A DNA stretch of 64,000 nt, from assembly GCA_964584895.1 (NCBI GenBank), contig CAZPAW010000002.1, positions 66,748 through 130,747 of the forward strand. The letters run 5' to 3'. The notes under the pieces are model-generated. The model did not search any database. It was not told where the DNA came from and saw only the letters and a list, made by a program, of their open reading frames with translations. The stretch's first letter is position 1. Each line of letters opens with the position of its first letter. The position numbers were made by a program, and so were the translations under genes. Shown one piece after another: positions 47,060 to 56,813 of the stretch. Origin of the DNA: an uncultured Candidatus Saccharibacteria bacterium. Lineage in GTDB: Bacteria > Patescibacteriota > Saccharimonadia > Saccharimonadales > JAGQNJ01.

Positions 47060-47092
47060 CACTCTTGACGTGAGAGTGCTAATTGATATATC
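47056..47092 (+). promoter_or_regulatory. CIRCE operator overlapping the clpP promoter
   Basis: TTAGCACTC-ttgacgtga-GAGTGCTAA (47056-47082) matches both consensus 9-nt arms exactly. TTGACG (47065-47070) lies in the spacer. TATATC follows about 16 bp downstream. Confidence 0.8.
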
Positions 47093-47121
47093 ATGAATAT
47101 ACTATTTAATGGAGTATTCAT

Positions 47122-47715
47122 ATGTCATCAAGTTCAGTTTTAATTCCAACTGTTATAGAGTCAGACGGACGCGTTGAACGAGCCTATGATATCTATTCAC
47201 GTTTACTTAAAGACCGAATAATTTTTTTGGGTACTGACGTTAACGAGCATACCGCTAATTTGATAGTTGCTCAATTATTGTTTTTAGAGTCGGAAGATCC
47301 AAAGAAAGATATTAAACTGTATATCAACAGTCCTGGCGGTAGTGTATATGACGCTTTAGCAATTTACGATACTATGCAATTTGTAAAAAATGATATTGAA
47401 ACAGTTGGTATAGGTATACAAGCAAGCGCAGCCGCTTTTCTATTAAGTTCTGGAACTAAGGGGAAGCGTTTTATACTAAAAAATGCCACAGCTATGATTC
47501 ATCAACCATCAGCCGGCACAAAAGGCAAAGTAACTGATATGGAGATCGATCTAAAAGAAGGTATCAGAATCAAACATAAACTAAACGAGATTATGGCAAA
47601 AAATACCGGAAAACCAATCAAACAAGTTGAAAAAGATATGGATAGAGATTATTGGATGACATCAGACGAAGCCGTAAAATATGGTTTAGCAGATAAGGTG
47701 ATATCAAAACGCTAG
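47122..47715 (+). CDS. clpP: ATP-dependent Clp protease proteolytic subunit
   Basis: 197 aa. The ClpP family pattern is present ([14 protein letters not shown], active-site Ser context [14 protein letters not shown]). RBS GGAG. Confidence 0.95.
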   Translation: MSSSSVLIPTVIESDGRVERAYDIYSRLLKDRIIFLGTDVNEHTANLIVAQLLFLESEDPKKDIKLYINSPGGSVYDALAIYDTMQFVKNDIETVGIGIQASAAAFLLSSGTKGKRFILKNATAMIHQPSAGTKGKVTDMEIDLKEGIRIKHKLNEIMAKNTGKPIKQVEKDMDRDYWMTSDEAVKYGLADKVISKR

Positions 47716-48089
47716 CCCTACCTAGTGTTCAGAATTTTTTAGGAAGAAAATGGCATAATTTGAAAAATTTTTTCTAACAAGGACTTATACTGGTCTTTAC
47801 TAAGGGTTAATTTAAAAAATACTAACATTTACAGACGCAGCTATCGTAACTAATTCTTAAAATTACACTAAATCGAATGAAACTATTATTGTTGGTAATA
47901 CTATGATTTTTCATAGTTTGCGAAAAGTAATAAAATAAAAACTTGACATAATACTTTTGTTATATAAACTACTTATTAAGAAGTAGGGTAAGCGGGCCTT
48001 GCTATAATTTATCAAAAAATTGTGTAAGCTACCCCTTAGAGATCTTCGTTCAAAATCAATCTAACAGATTCAAGGAGAACTTGCTCTAT

Positions 48090-51000
48090 ATGGCAAAGTC
48101 GCTAAAGCTCACGTCTAGTAAACGGCAATATTTTACAAAAACAGAAAACATATTAGATCTACCAAATTTAGTCGACCATCAAAACAAATCCTTTCAATGG
48201 TTTATAGAGGAAGGACTTGGTGAGTTATTGGCCGAAGTAAGCCCGATAGAGGACTATACTGGCACAAAATTATCCCTTAGTTTTAAAGATTATAGATTCG
48301 AAAAACCAAAACTAACAGAACAAGAAGCACGTGAGAATAATGTCAGTTACGATGCTCCGCTAAAAGCAACAGTTGTGTTAACTAATAAAGTTACAGGTGA
48401 AGTAAAAAAACAAGAAATTTACCTCGGTGATTATCCGTATATGACATCACGAGGAACTTTTGTGATTAATGGAGCAGAACGTGTTGTTGTAAGCCAGTTG
48501 ATAAGATCAGCTGGCGTTTTCTTTACTGCTGAACAAAGCGCTGGGAAAAAGCTATATGGTGCAAAGGTTATCCCAGGACGTGGTGCTTGGTTAGAGTTCG
48601 AAACCTCTGCTAAAGGCGCAATGTTTGTAAAAATCGATCGAAAGCGAAAGATTCCGGTCACTACATTACTACGAGCACTTGGAGTATCTGATGCAAAAAT
48701 GAAAGAAGAATTCGCTCATGTCGATCAAGGTAAAGACAGCTATATCGATATGACTCTTGAAAAAGATCCTGCCAGAGGCACAAACGAAGCTTTAATCGAA
48801 GTATATAGACGACTAAGACCTGGTGATTTAGCGACTGTTGATAATGCTCGAAGCTTGCTTGAAAATATGTTCTATAACTTTAAACGTTTTGACTTTAGTA
48901 GAGTTGGTCGGTACAAAATCAACAAACGTCTAGATATCGATCTGCCAAATACTGCAGAGAACCGCGTTATGAGATTAGAAGATTTAATCGCTATTATTGC
49001 TGAAATTATTCGATTAAATAACACACAAGAACCAGCCGATGACATTGACTCGCTTGCAAATAGGCGAGTCAAATTAGTCGGAGAACTAGTTCAAAGACAA
49101 TTTAGGATTGGGCTTCTTCGTATGGAGCGCAATACAAAAGATAGAATGTCGATGAGTGAGATCGAGACAGTAACGCCTGGTCAACTTATAAACGCACGGC
49201 CAGTCGTAGCTGCCGTTAGAGAGTTTTTTGCTAGCTCACAGTTGTCGCAATTCATGGATCAAATAAATCCATTGTCGGAACTTGCACATAAAAGACGATT
49301 AAGCTCAATGGGTCCTGGTGGACTTTCTAGAGAGCGAGCAGGATTTGAAGTACGTGACGCTCACGCCACACATTATGGACGTATTTGTTCTGTAGAAACA
49401 CCAGAAGGTGCAAATATTGGCCTTGTTTTGAACATGGCTACATACGCAAGAATTAACGATTATGGATTCATAGAAACTCCGTATCGTAAAGTAATTAACG
49501 CAGTAACTGCCAAAAAAGCAGCTGGACATATTGCATCAGTAAACTTAGACGACGAAAAAGGCGCGGTAATCGTCAAAGCTGGCGACAAAATCACTGAGGC
49601 TCAAGCAAAGAAACTAGCTCTAGTGAAAAAACAAGTAACTTGGCCAGTTAGAGCTAAAGCTACTGACGAAATCGTATATTTAGACGCTTATGAAGAAGGT
49701 AAAGCTGTTATTGCAAGCGCAGGAGAAACCATTGATGATGATGGGTATTTCGAAAATAGCCGTGTTTCTGCACGTATTCGATTGAAATCGGGTGAAATTG
49801 ACGCTGATGAAGTTACTCATATGGATGCATCTAGAAGACAAATCATAGGATCAAGTGCTGGGTTGATACCATTTATTGAAAAAAACTATGTTTATAGAAG
49901 TCTTATGGGTAGTAACCAACAACGACAGGCAGTACCTCTAATAAACCCAGAATCTCCGATCGTCGGAACTGGCTTAGAGACAACAGTAGCAAATAATTCT
50001 GGCCAGTTAACAGTAGCCGAAGATAATGGAGAAGTGCTTCGCGCTGACGCTGATGAAGTTACGGTAAAATACGCAAAGTTAGGCAAAAAGAGTTATTACC
50101 CGCAACACTTTGTTAGGAGTAATGAAGGAAGTTGTATTAATCAAAAAGTTGTAGTTAGCCGAGGAGATAAAGTTAAAGCTGGCACTCCATTAATCGAGGG
50201 TATGTCAATCCAGGGAGGAGAGCTTGCTCTAGGTAAAGATTTAATAGTCGCATTTATGCCTTGGAAGGGCTATAACTTTGAAGATGCTGTGATTATTTCA
50301 AGAAAACTTGTCGAGGATGACACGTTGACCTCTATTCATATCGTAGATTTTATGACAGAAGTTAGAGAGACAAAACTTGGACCTGAAATCGTAACCCGCG
50401 ATATTCCGAACGTAAGCGAAGATGCATTACGCCATTTAGATGATGACGGAATAGTACGAATCGGCGCCGAAGTACACCCAGGAGATATTTTGGTTGGAAA
50501 GATTACGCCAAAAGGAGAACAAGAACTAAGTAGCGAGGAAAGACTGCTTCGAGCAATTTTTGGAGAGAAAGCAAAAGACGTAAGAGACACTTCTCAAAGG
50601 ATGAGCAATGGTAAACACGGAAAAGTCGTTGGCGTTAAAGTATTCTCTAGAGAGAACGGTCACGAATTAAAATCCGGTGTTATTATGCAAATTCAAGTGT
50701 TCGTCGCACAAATGAGAAAAATTGCTGTCGGAGACAAATTAGGAGGTCGACACGGAAATAAAGGTGTCATAGCCAGGATTTTACCTGTAGAAGATATGCC
50801 ATTTATGGAAGATGGTACACCTGTTGATATTTTGTTAAACCCACTTGGCGTGCCTAGTCGTATGAATATTGGACAGTTATTTGAAACTCATCTTGGAATG
50901 GCTGCACATGCACTAGGATTCAAAGTAGCATCACCACCCTTCAACGGCGTTTCATTGAACAAAATCCACGAATTACTTAAAGAAGCAGGTCTACCTGAAA

Positions 51001-51629
51001 GTGGAAAACAATATCTATACGATGGTAGAACTGGCGATAAATTTACAGAGATGACGACAGTTGGATCGATGTATATGATCAAGCTTAACCATATGATTGT
51101 AGATAAAATTCACGCACGATCAACTGGTCCTTACACAATGGTTACGCAACAACCACTCGGCGGAAAAGCTCAAAACGGTGGCCAAAGATTTGGAGAGATG
51201 GAAGTATGGGCGCTAGAAGCATATGGAGCTGCCCACACATTACAAGAAATGCTTACAATCAAGTCTGACGATGTTTACGGAAGAAGCAAAGCTTATGAAT
51301 CTATCATAAAAGGAACAGAAATCGTAGGACCGAAAGTGCCTGAAAGTTTCAATGTTTTGGTTAAAGAATTACAAGGCCTTGGACTGAAAGTTGATCTATT
51401 TACTAAAGAAAAAACGATCGACGCTGAGGAAATACTGTCTGAGACAATCGAAGAAGAAGCCGAACACCCGTCCGACATTGATGTCCCGCAACCCGAGGCA
51501 TCTGAAGTCGATGTAACAGAAGACGTTTCTGTCGACGAGTTTGACATGATGGAAATCGACAGCACTGTGGGAGAAAACGATCCCAAACTAGCCACACCAA
51601 TTGACGAAAAGGAGATAGAAAATGCGTAG
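48090..51629 (+). CDS. rpoB: DNA-directed RNA polymerase beta subunit
   Basis: Conserved throughout (GDKLGGRHGNKGV, NPLGVPSRMNIGQ). ATG 48090 lies 12 nt after AAGGAG. The ORF-track TTG 48081 is too close to the SD. Acidic C-terminal tail. Confidence 0.97.
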   Translation: MAKSLKLTSSKRQYFTKTENILDLPNLVDHQNKSFQWFIEEGLGELLAEVSPIEDYTGTKLSLSFKDYRFEKPKLTEQEARENNVSYDAPLKATVVLTNKVTGEVKKQEIYLGDYPYMTSRGTFVINGAERVVVSQLIRSAGVFFTAEQSAGKKLYGAKVIPGRGAWLEFETSAKGAMFVKIDRKRKIPVTTLLRALGVSDAKMKEEFAHVDQGKDSYIDMTLEKDPARGTNEALIEVYRRLRPGDLATVDNARSLLENMFYNFKRFDFSRVGRYKINKRLDIDLPNTAENRVMRLEDLIAIIAEIIRLNNTQEPADDIDSLANRRVKLVGELVQRQFRIGLLRMERNTKDRMSMSEIETVTPGQLINARPVVAAVREFFASSQLSQFMDQINPLSELAHKRRLSSMGPGGLSRERAGFEVRDAHATHYGRICSVETPEGANIGLVLNMATYARINDYGFIETPYRKVINAVTAKKAAGHIASVNLDDEKGAVIVKAGDKITEAQAKKLALVKKQVTWPVRAKATDEIVYLDAYEEGKAVIASAGETIDDDGYFENSRVSARIRLKSGEIDADEVTHMDASRRQIIGSSAGLIPFIEKNYVYRSLMGSNQQRQAVPLINPESPIVGTGLETTVANNSGQLTVAEDNGEVLRADADEVTVKYAKLGKKSYYPQHFVRSNEGSCINQKVVVSRGDKVKAGTPLIEGMSIQGGELALGKDLIVAFMPWKGYNFEDAVIISRKLVEDDTLTSIHIVDFMTEVRETKLGPEIVTRDIPNVSEDALRHLDDDGIVRIGAEVHPGDILVGKITPKGEQELSSEERLLRAIFGEKAKDVRDTSQRMSNGKHGKVVGVKVFSRENGHELKSGVIMQIQVFVAQMRKIAVGDKLGGRHGNKGVIARILPVEDMPFMEDGTPVDILLNPLGVPSRMNIGQLFETHLGMAAHALGFKVASPPFNGVSLNKIHELLKEAGLPESGKQYLYDGRTGDKFTEMTTVGSMYMIKLNHMIVDKIHARSTGPYTMVTQQPLGGKAQNGGQRFGEMEVWALEAYGAAHTLQEMLTIKSDDVYGRSKAYESIIKGTEIVGPKVPESFNVLVKELQGLGLKVDLFTKEKTIDAEEILSETIEEEAEHPSDIDVPQPEASEVDVTEDVSVDEFDMMEIDSTVGENDPKLATPIDEKEIENA

Positions 51630-54600
51630 ATACTCACACGGTCCTGATATTACCGATTTCGATGCCGTAAGATTAGCTGTAGCTAGTGCAGGCGATATAT
51701 CTGATTGGTCTTATGGAGAAGTCACAAAACCTGAAACAATTAACTACAGAACCCAAAAACCTGAACGCGATGGTCTGTTTTGTGAAAGAATTTTTGGGCC
51801 AGTTAAAGACATAAACCCCCATGATGCTAAATACAAGGGAGTCAGATCAAGAGAAGCAGCAGTTGATAAGAAAGGTGAAATTGTTACACGTAGTATTGTG
51901 CGACGTGAAAGAATGGGACATATACAACTTGCATCACCTGTTGCGCATATTTGGTTCTTGCGTGGCACACCTTCTGCGATGGGTCTACTACTAGGCTTAA
52001 CTGTCAAGAACCTGGAGAGAGTTGCGTATTTTGCTAGCTATATCGTAAAGAAAGTTGATGTTAAAAAACGAGATCAATTATTAAGCGACAAGGAAGCGCA
52101 GACAGAAGCTGCAAAACAAGCAATTGACGTTCGTTACGAAGCAGAATCTAAGAAAGAAGACGCTAATCTTAAAGCTCTTGCAGAAATGCGGACCAAAGAG
52201 CTGGAAGAGCTTTCAAACGAATTTAATGAATATAAAGAACAAATCGATATGTTAGTCCCTTGCGGTCTAATTAATGAAGGCGATTACCAAAACTTACCTG
52301 AAGAGTTCAAAGAAATCATCGAGGTTGGGATGGGCGGCTCAGCCCTAAAACAGATGCTCGACGATATTGATCTTGATGAGTTAATTGCTCAACTCAACGA
52401 AGAATCACAAGGAGCAAAAGGTCAACGAAAGAAAAAACTGCTCAAAAGACTTAGATTACTTGAAAGCATGAATCGCGCAGGCATTAAGCCAAACTCAATG
52501 TGTCTGCAAGTTTTGCCAGTTATCCCGCCAGATTTAAGACCTATGGTCCAATTAACTGGGGGACGATTTGCTACTTCTGACCTGAATGATCTATATCGAA
52601 GAGTGATAAATCGCAACAATAGACTTAAAAAGCTAATTGACCTAAACGCACCAGAGGTAATTTGTAGGAATGAACAGCGAATGCTCCAAGAAGCAGTCGA
52701 TGCATTGATTGATAACGGAAACGCTCGTTCTGGCCGCGCAGTTGCTGCGTCTGGACAACGAAGACGTCTAAAATCTTTGAGTGACATGCTAAAAGGTAAA
52801 CAAGGACGATTCAGACAAAACTTACTAGGAAAAAGAGTTGATTATTCTGGACGATCGGTGATTGTATCTGGTCCAGAACTAAAAATCGATCAATGTGGAT
52901 TACCTAAGATGATGGCTCTAGAATTATTTAAGCCATTCGTTATAGGCTCGTTGATAGAAAACGATTTTGCTCATAACATTCGTAGTGCAACAAGAATGAT
53001 AGAACTCGGAGAAACTCCTGTATGGGACGCACTGGATGAAGTAATCAAAGACAAATATGTATTACTAAACCGTGCCCCAAGTCTTCATAGATTAAGCATC
53101 CAGTCATTTAAACCAATATTGATTGAAGGAAAAGCAATCCAGCTCCATCCTTTAGTATGCCGTGGATTCAACGCTGATTTTGACGGTGACCAGATGGCGG
53201 TACACTTGCCATTATCTGGAGCTTCTCAACTTGAAGCAAAAGAAATTATGGCAGCCAACAAAAACTTACTAAAACCAGCCGATGGATCTCCAATTCTTCA
53301 CATAGAACAGGATATTGTGCTTGGATGTTATTACCTAACATATGAAAAACCAGGAAATAATGAAAAGACTCGAACCTTTAGATCTCTTGACGAAGCTGTA
53401 ATGGCTTACGATGCAAAAAGCATAAACCTTCAATCTAGAGTTAGTGTTCCTTTCAGAGGAAAAAAACAAGACACTACACTAGGCAGACTATTATTTAACG
53501 AAATTTTTCCGGAAGATTTTGGTTTTCACAACGAAACAATGACTAAAAAGCTGCTAGGTAGCGTGATGTCTGAAGCCTACGAAAAATATGGCCAAGATAT
53601 TACGGCCGAGATTGCAGACGACCTTAAAGACATTGGTTTCGAATACGCTACTGTTTCTGGTCTTTCTCTTGGAATTTCTGATTTTAGTGACATTGCTGGG
53701 CTTGAAAGTAAGCTTAAGGAAGGCGAGTCAAAATCTGCAGAAATTAGCACTCAGTACGATGAAGGTTTCATCACTGATGAAGAGAGATACCGCCTAACTG
53801 TAAATAACTGGAAACAAATCGATTATCAAATTCAAAAAATGCTTACAGAGCAATTCTCACATGAAGACAGCGCTATGGCAACAGCCGTAACTTCTGGAGC
53901 TCGTGGAAATATCGGTCAGGTAAAAACAGCCGTAGGTATGCTTGGAATCACTCAGGATACTACAGGACGCGCGATTGAGTTACCTATACGTTCAAGCTAT
54001 AAAAAAGGACTTAACCCTCTAGAGTACTTTACTGCCACTAGAGGTGCACGAAAGCAAATGATAGATACTGCTCTAAAAACTGCAGATTCGGGTTATCTAA
54101 CAAGAAGATTAGTCGATGTCAGTCAGGACGTGTTTACTGATGATGAGCAGGCGCCAGATCCTGGATTCCCAGTTTATCGATCTGACTCAATTGAGATTGG
54201 CGTAACACTCGGCTCTAGGCTAGAAGGCCGTTTTGCTGCCGAAAATGTAAAACCTCACGTCAAAAAAGGCGAATTGATTACCAGGGCGATTGCTGAGAAG
54301 ATTGATAAAGATTCTAGTATTGAAGTAGTTAAAATAATGAGTGTCTTGAGCTGTAGTAGTCCTAGGGGCATTAGTAGAAAATCATACGGTATTGATCCTG
54401 CGACCGGTAATTTGGTCAGCCCATTTTATCCTGTGGGAGTTGTTGCCGCACAAAGTATTGGAGAGCCGGGTACACAGCTAACATTACGTTCATACCATGC
54501 TGGAGGCCAATCAGTCGAAGATATAACCACTGGGTTGCCTCGCGTTGAAGAACTATTTGAAACCCGAACACCAAAAGGTCAAGCTATTTTGTCTGAAATA

Positions 54601-55434
54601 GCCGGGACTGCAAATATTTGGGAAGAAGGTGAACACTATATAATTCAAGTTACGTCAGATGATAAAACTCGGGTTGAACTCGAATTGAATGACAGAATCG
54701 CAAGAGTTGAGACAGGTACAGAAGTTGGAGTTGGTGATGTTGTAGGTATCGGTCCTAATGATTCTGATCCATTAGTAGCTCCAATTTCCGGAAAAGTCTC
54801 TGTTACAAAGAAAAAGATTACAATAACACCAGTAAACGAACAAATAGTAAAATATGAGGTGCCTTCCAATAAACCTATTGTAATCAAAGACGGAGACAAA
54901 GTTTTCGCTGGACAAAGACTGACAGGCGGATCAATCAATTTGCACGAATTGATGAAGCTTCAGGGTATTGAAGCTACCCAACGCTATATCATGAACGAAA
55001 TACTTCAGATTTTTGTTTCTCAAGGTCAAAATATTTCGGACAAACATCTAGAAGTTATTGTTAGACAGATGTTCTCACGCGTACAGATAGATGATGCTGG
55101 AGATAGCGAATATGTTACCGGAGATATTGTTAGTAAAGTTGATGTGTTAGAAAAAAATGAAGAGCTGGCAAAGAACAAAAAACAGCTCGTGCAGTACAGT
55201 CAGTTGTTACTAGGTATCACTAAGGCTTCACTTTCAACCGAATCGTTCTTGTCAGCCGCAAGCTTCCAGGATACGACTAGAGTATTGATCGCAGCGGCCA
55301 CTAGTGGTAAGGTTGATTATCTTAGAGGACTTAAAGAAAACGTCATCTTAGGGCGCATGATTCCTGTCGGAACAGGCTACAATGCCTATGACAAAAAAGA
55401 AGCTACCCCCGTTGACGAAGAGGACGAAAGGTGA
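51622..55434 (+). CDS. rpoC: DNA-directed RNA polymerase beta' subunit
   Basis: 1270 aa with the catalytic NADFDGDQM motif. 8-nt overlap with rpoB. Confidence 0.97.
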   Translation: MRRYSHGPDITDFDAVRLAVASAGDISDWSYGEVTKPETINYRTQKPERDGLFCERIFGPVKDINPHDAKYKGVRSREAAVDKKGEIVTRSIVRRERMGHIQLASPVAHIWFLRGTPSAMGLLLGLTVKNLERVAYFASYIVKKVDVKKRDQLLSDKEAQTEAAKQAIDVRYEAESKKEDANLKALAEMRTKELEELSNEFNEYKEQIDMLVPCGLINEGDYQNLPEEFKEIIEVGMGGSALKQMLDDIDLDELIAQLNEESQGAKGQRKKKLLKRLRLLESMNRAGIKPNSMCLQVLPVIPPDLRPMVQLTGGRFATSDLNDLYRRVINRNNRLKKLIDLNAPEVICRNEQRMLQEAVDALIDNGNARSGRAVAASGQRRRLKSLSDMLKGKQGRFRQNLLGKRVDYSGRSVIVSGPELKIDQCGLPKMMALELFKPFVIGSLIENDFAHNIRSATRMIELGETPVWDALDEVIKDKYVLLNRAPSLHRLSIQSFKPILIEGKAIQLHPLVCRGFNADFDGDQMAVHLPLSGASQLEAKEIMAANKNLLKPADGSPILHIEQDIVLGCYYLTYEKPGNNEKTRTFRSLDEAVMAYDAKSINLQSRVSVPFRGKKQDTTLGRLLFNEIFPEDFGFHNETMTKKLLGSVMSEAYEKYGQDITAEIADDLKDIGFEYATVSGLSLGISDFSDIAGLESKLKEGESKSAEISTQYDEGFITDEERYRLTVNNWKQIDYQIQKMLTEQFSHEDSAMATAVTSGARGNIGQVKTAVGMLGITQDTTGRAIELPIRSSYKKGLNPLEYFTATRGARKQMIDTALKTADSGYLTRRLVDVSQDVFTDDEQAPDPGFPVYRSDSIEIGVTLGSRLEGRFAAENVKPHVKKGELITRAIAEKIDKDSSIEVVKIMSVLSCSSPRGISRKSYGIDPATGNLVSPFYPVGVVAAQSIGEPGTQLTLRSYHAGGQSVEDITTGLPRVEELFETRTPKGQAILSEIAGTANIWEEGEHYIIQVTSDDKTRVELELNDRIARVETGTEVGVGDVVGIGPNDSDPLVAPISGKVSVTKKKITITPVNEQIVKYEVPSNKPIVIKDGDKVFAGQRLTGGSINLHELMKLQGIEATQRYIMNEILQIFVSQGQNISDKHLEVIVRQMFSRVQIDDAGDSEYVTGDIVSKVDVLEKNEELAKNKKQLVQYSQLLLGITKASLSTESFLSAASFQDTTRVLIAAATSGKVDYLRGLKENVILGRMIPVGTGYNAYDKKEATPVDEEDER

Positions 55435-55449
55435 TAGGGTTATAAACTG

Positions 55450-55863
55450 ATGCCAACGATCAATCAACTAATCAGAAAACCGCGAAAACCTGTGACTAAG
55501 AAATCGAAGTCACCGGCTCTTCATCGAGTTGTCAATAATCTAAACACTACTAACTACGAAAAGCCATCTCCATTTAAACGAGGTGTTTGTGTTAAAGTGA
55601 CTACAAAAACCCCGAAAAAACCTAACTCAGCACTTCGTAAGGTTGCTCGTGTTAGATTAACTAACGGACACGAGGTCTGGGCCTACATCGGTGGCGAAGG
55701 TCACAACCTTCAAGAGCACGCAGTAGTACTTATTCGTGGTGGACGAGTAAAAGACCTTCCGGGCGTGCGATATCATATCGTACGTGGTGCGCTAGACCTC
55801 CAGGGTGTTTCTGACCGAAAACAGGGCCGATCTAAATATGGCACCAAAAAGGCAGGTAAATAA
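55450..55863 (+). CDS. rpsL: Ribosomal protein S12
   Basis: [10 protein letters not shown]...[10 protein letters not shown] signature. Confidence 0.97.
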   Translation: MPTINQLIRKPRKPVTKKSKSPALHRVVNNLNTTNYEKPSPFKRGVCVKVTTKTPKKPNSALRKVARVRLTNGHEVWAYIGGEGHNLQEHAVVLIRGGRVKDLPGVRYHIVRGALDLQGVSDRKQGRSKYGTKKAGK

Positions 55864-55865
55864 CA

Positions 55866-56342
55866 ATGCCTAGGAAAAAGACTAAGGAATTAATCAGAAA
55901 AATACCTGGCGATCGCCTGTATGATAGCGTCATGGTTCAACGTGTGATTAACCGTGTAATGTGGGACGGTAAAAAGCAAGTTGCCGAACGATTAGTTTAC
56001 GAAGGAATGCAACAAGCTGCCGATAAACTAAAAGTCAAAAACCCGTTAGAAGTTTTTGATAAAGCACTTAGCAATATTCGACCAAGCGTCGAGACTCGCT
56101 CTAGAAGAGTAGGTGGAGCAAACTATCAGATACCATTCGAAGTTAAGGGCCAACGTCAATCACACCTTACAATTATGTGGTTTGTAGAAGCCGCTAGAGC
56201 CAGGTCAGGTATGAGTATGAAAGATAGAATCGCCCAAGAACTTATGGATGCCTATAACGAAACAGGCGCAGCAGTTAAAAAACGTGAAGATATGCACAAA
56301 ATGGCCGAAGCCAACCGTGCCTTCGCACACTTTGCGAGATAA
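55866..56342 (+). CDS. rpsG: Ribosomal protein S7
   Basis: 158 aa with the conserved S7 C-terminus (KKREDMHKMAEANRAFAHFAR). Confidence 0.96.
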   Translation: MPRKKTKELIRKIPGDRLYDSVMVQRVINRVMWDGKKQVAERLVYEGMQQAADKLKVKNPLEVFDKALSNIRPSVETRSRRVGGANYQIPFEVKGQRQSHLTIMWFVEAARARSGMSMKDRIAQELMDAYNETGAAVKKREDMHKMAEANRAFAHFAR

Positions 56343-56345
56343 ATA

Positions 56346-56549
56346 ATGTTAGTAAAAAGTCTTCAAAGTCTAGAAATAGGTATTGCTAATAGGCTAGTTG
56401 AGCGAGAAGAAACCTTAGAGCAGTCATTTCGAACTGGCGAGAATAGAAGCCCTCTCAATCTTGAAGTACTTGGTTTAAGAGCTTCCCACTTAATAATGAG
56501 CGCAGTTGTTTCAGTAGCAGAAATATTAATACCTAGGAGTACAGAATAA
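56346..56549 (+). CDS. Hypothetical protein (67 aa) inserted between rpsG and fusA
   Basis: Starts 3 nt after the rpsG stop, and its stop abuts the next ATG. No family recognised. Confidence 0.4.
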   Translation: MLVKSLQSLEIGIANRLVEREETLEQSFRTGENRSPLNLEVLGLRASHLIMSAVVSVAEILIPRSTE

Positions 56550-56813
56550 ATGACAGATTTAAATGTTGATTCATTGATACCTGAAAAATGTAGAGATGCG
56601 AATGGCCAAGGCTGTGGTGAACTAAAATTAAAAATCGAAGAAGATGTTGCGTTAGGTGTTGACCCATCAACCTATTCCCTGCATTGGGCTGACAAATTAT
56701 GTAGTGGTTGGAGCGAGGAAAATGGTTGTGGGCACGCAGGCATTGGAATGATGCAATGTGTTGGTGAATTAGCAGTAGAAATATTTAACAATAGAAGGCA
56801 TGGAGAACAATAG
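56550..56813 (+). CDS. Hypothetical Cys-rich protein (87 aa) inserted between rpsG and fusA
   Basis: Five Cys ([27 protein letters not shown]). Its TAG overlaps the fusA GTG by 1 nt. Confidence 0.45.
   Translation: MTDLNVDSLIPEKCRDANGQGCGELKLKIEEDVALGVDPSTYSLHWADKLCSGWSEENGCGHAGIGMMQCVGELAVEIFNNRRHGEQ

Noticed and set aside
56346-56813. Reading the two small rpsG-fusA ORFs as a toxin-antitoxin pair
   Set aside because: The two-gene size pattern is suggestive. However, neither sequence shows a recognisable toxin or antitoxin (RHH, HTH, PIN, RelE-like) motif. Their tight coupling to fusA argues against a selfish module. The idea is left as unsupported.
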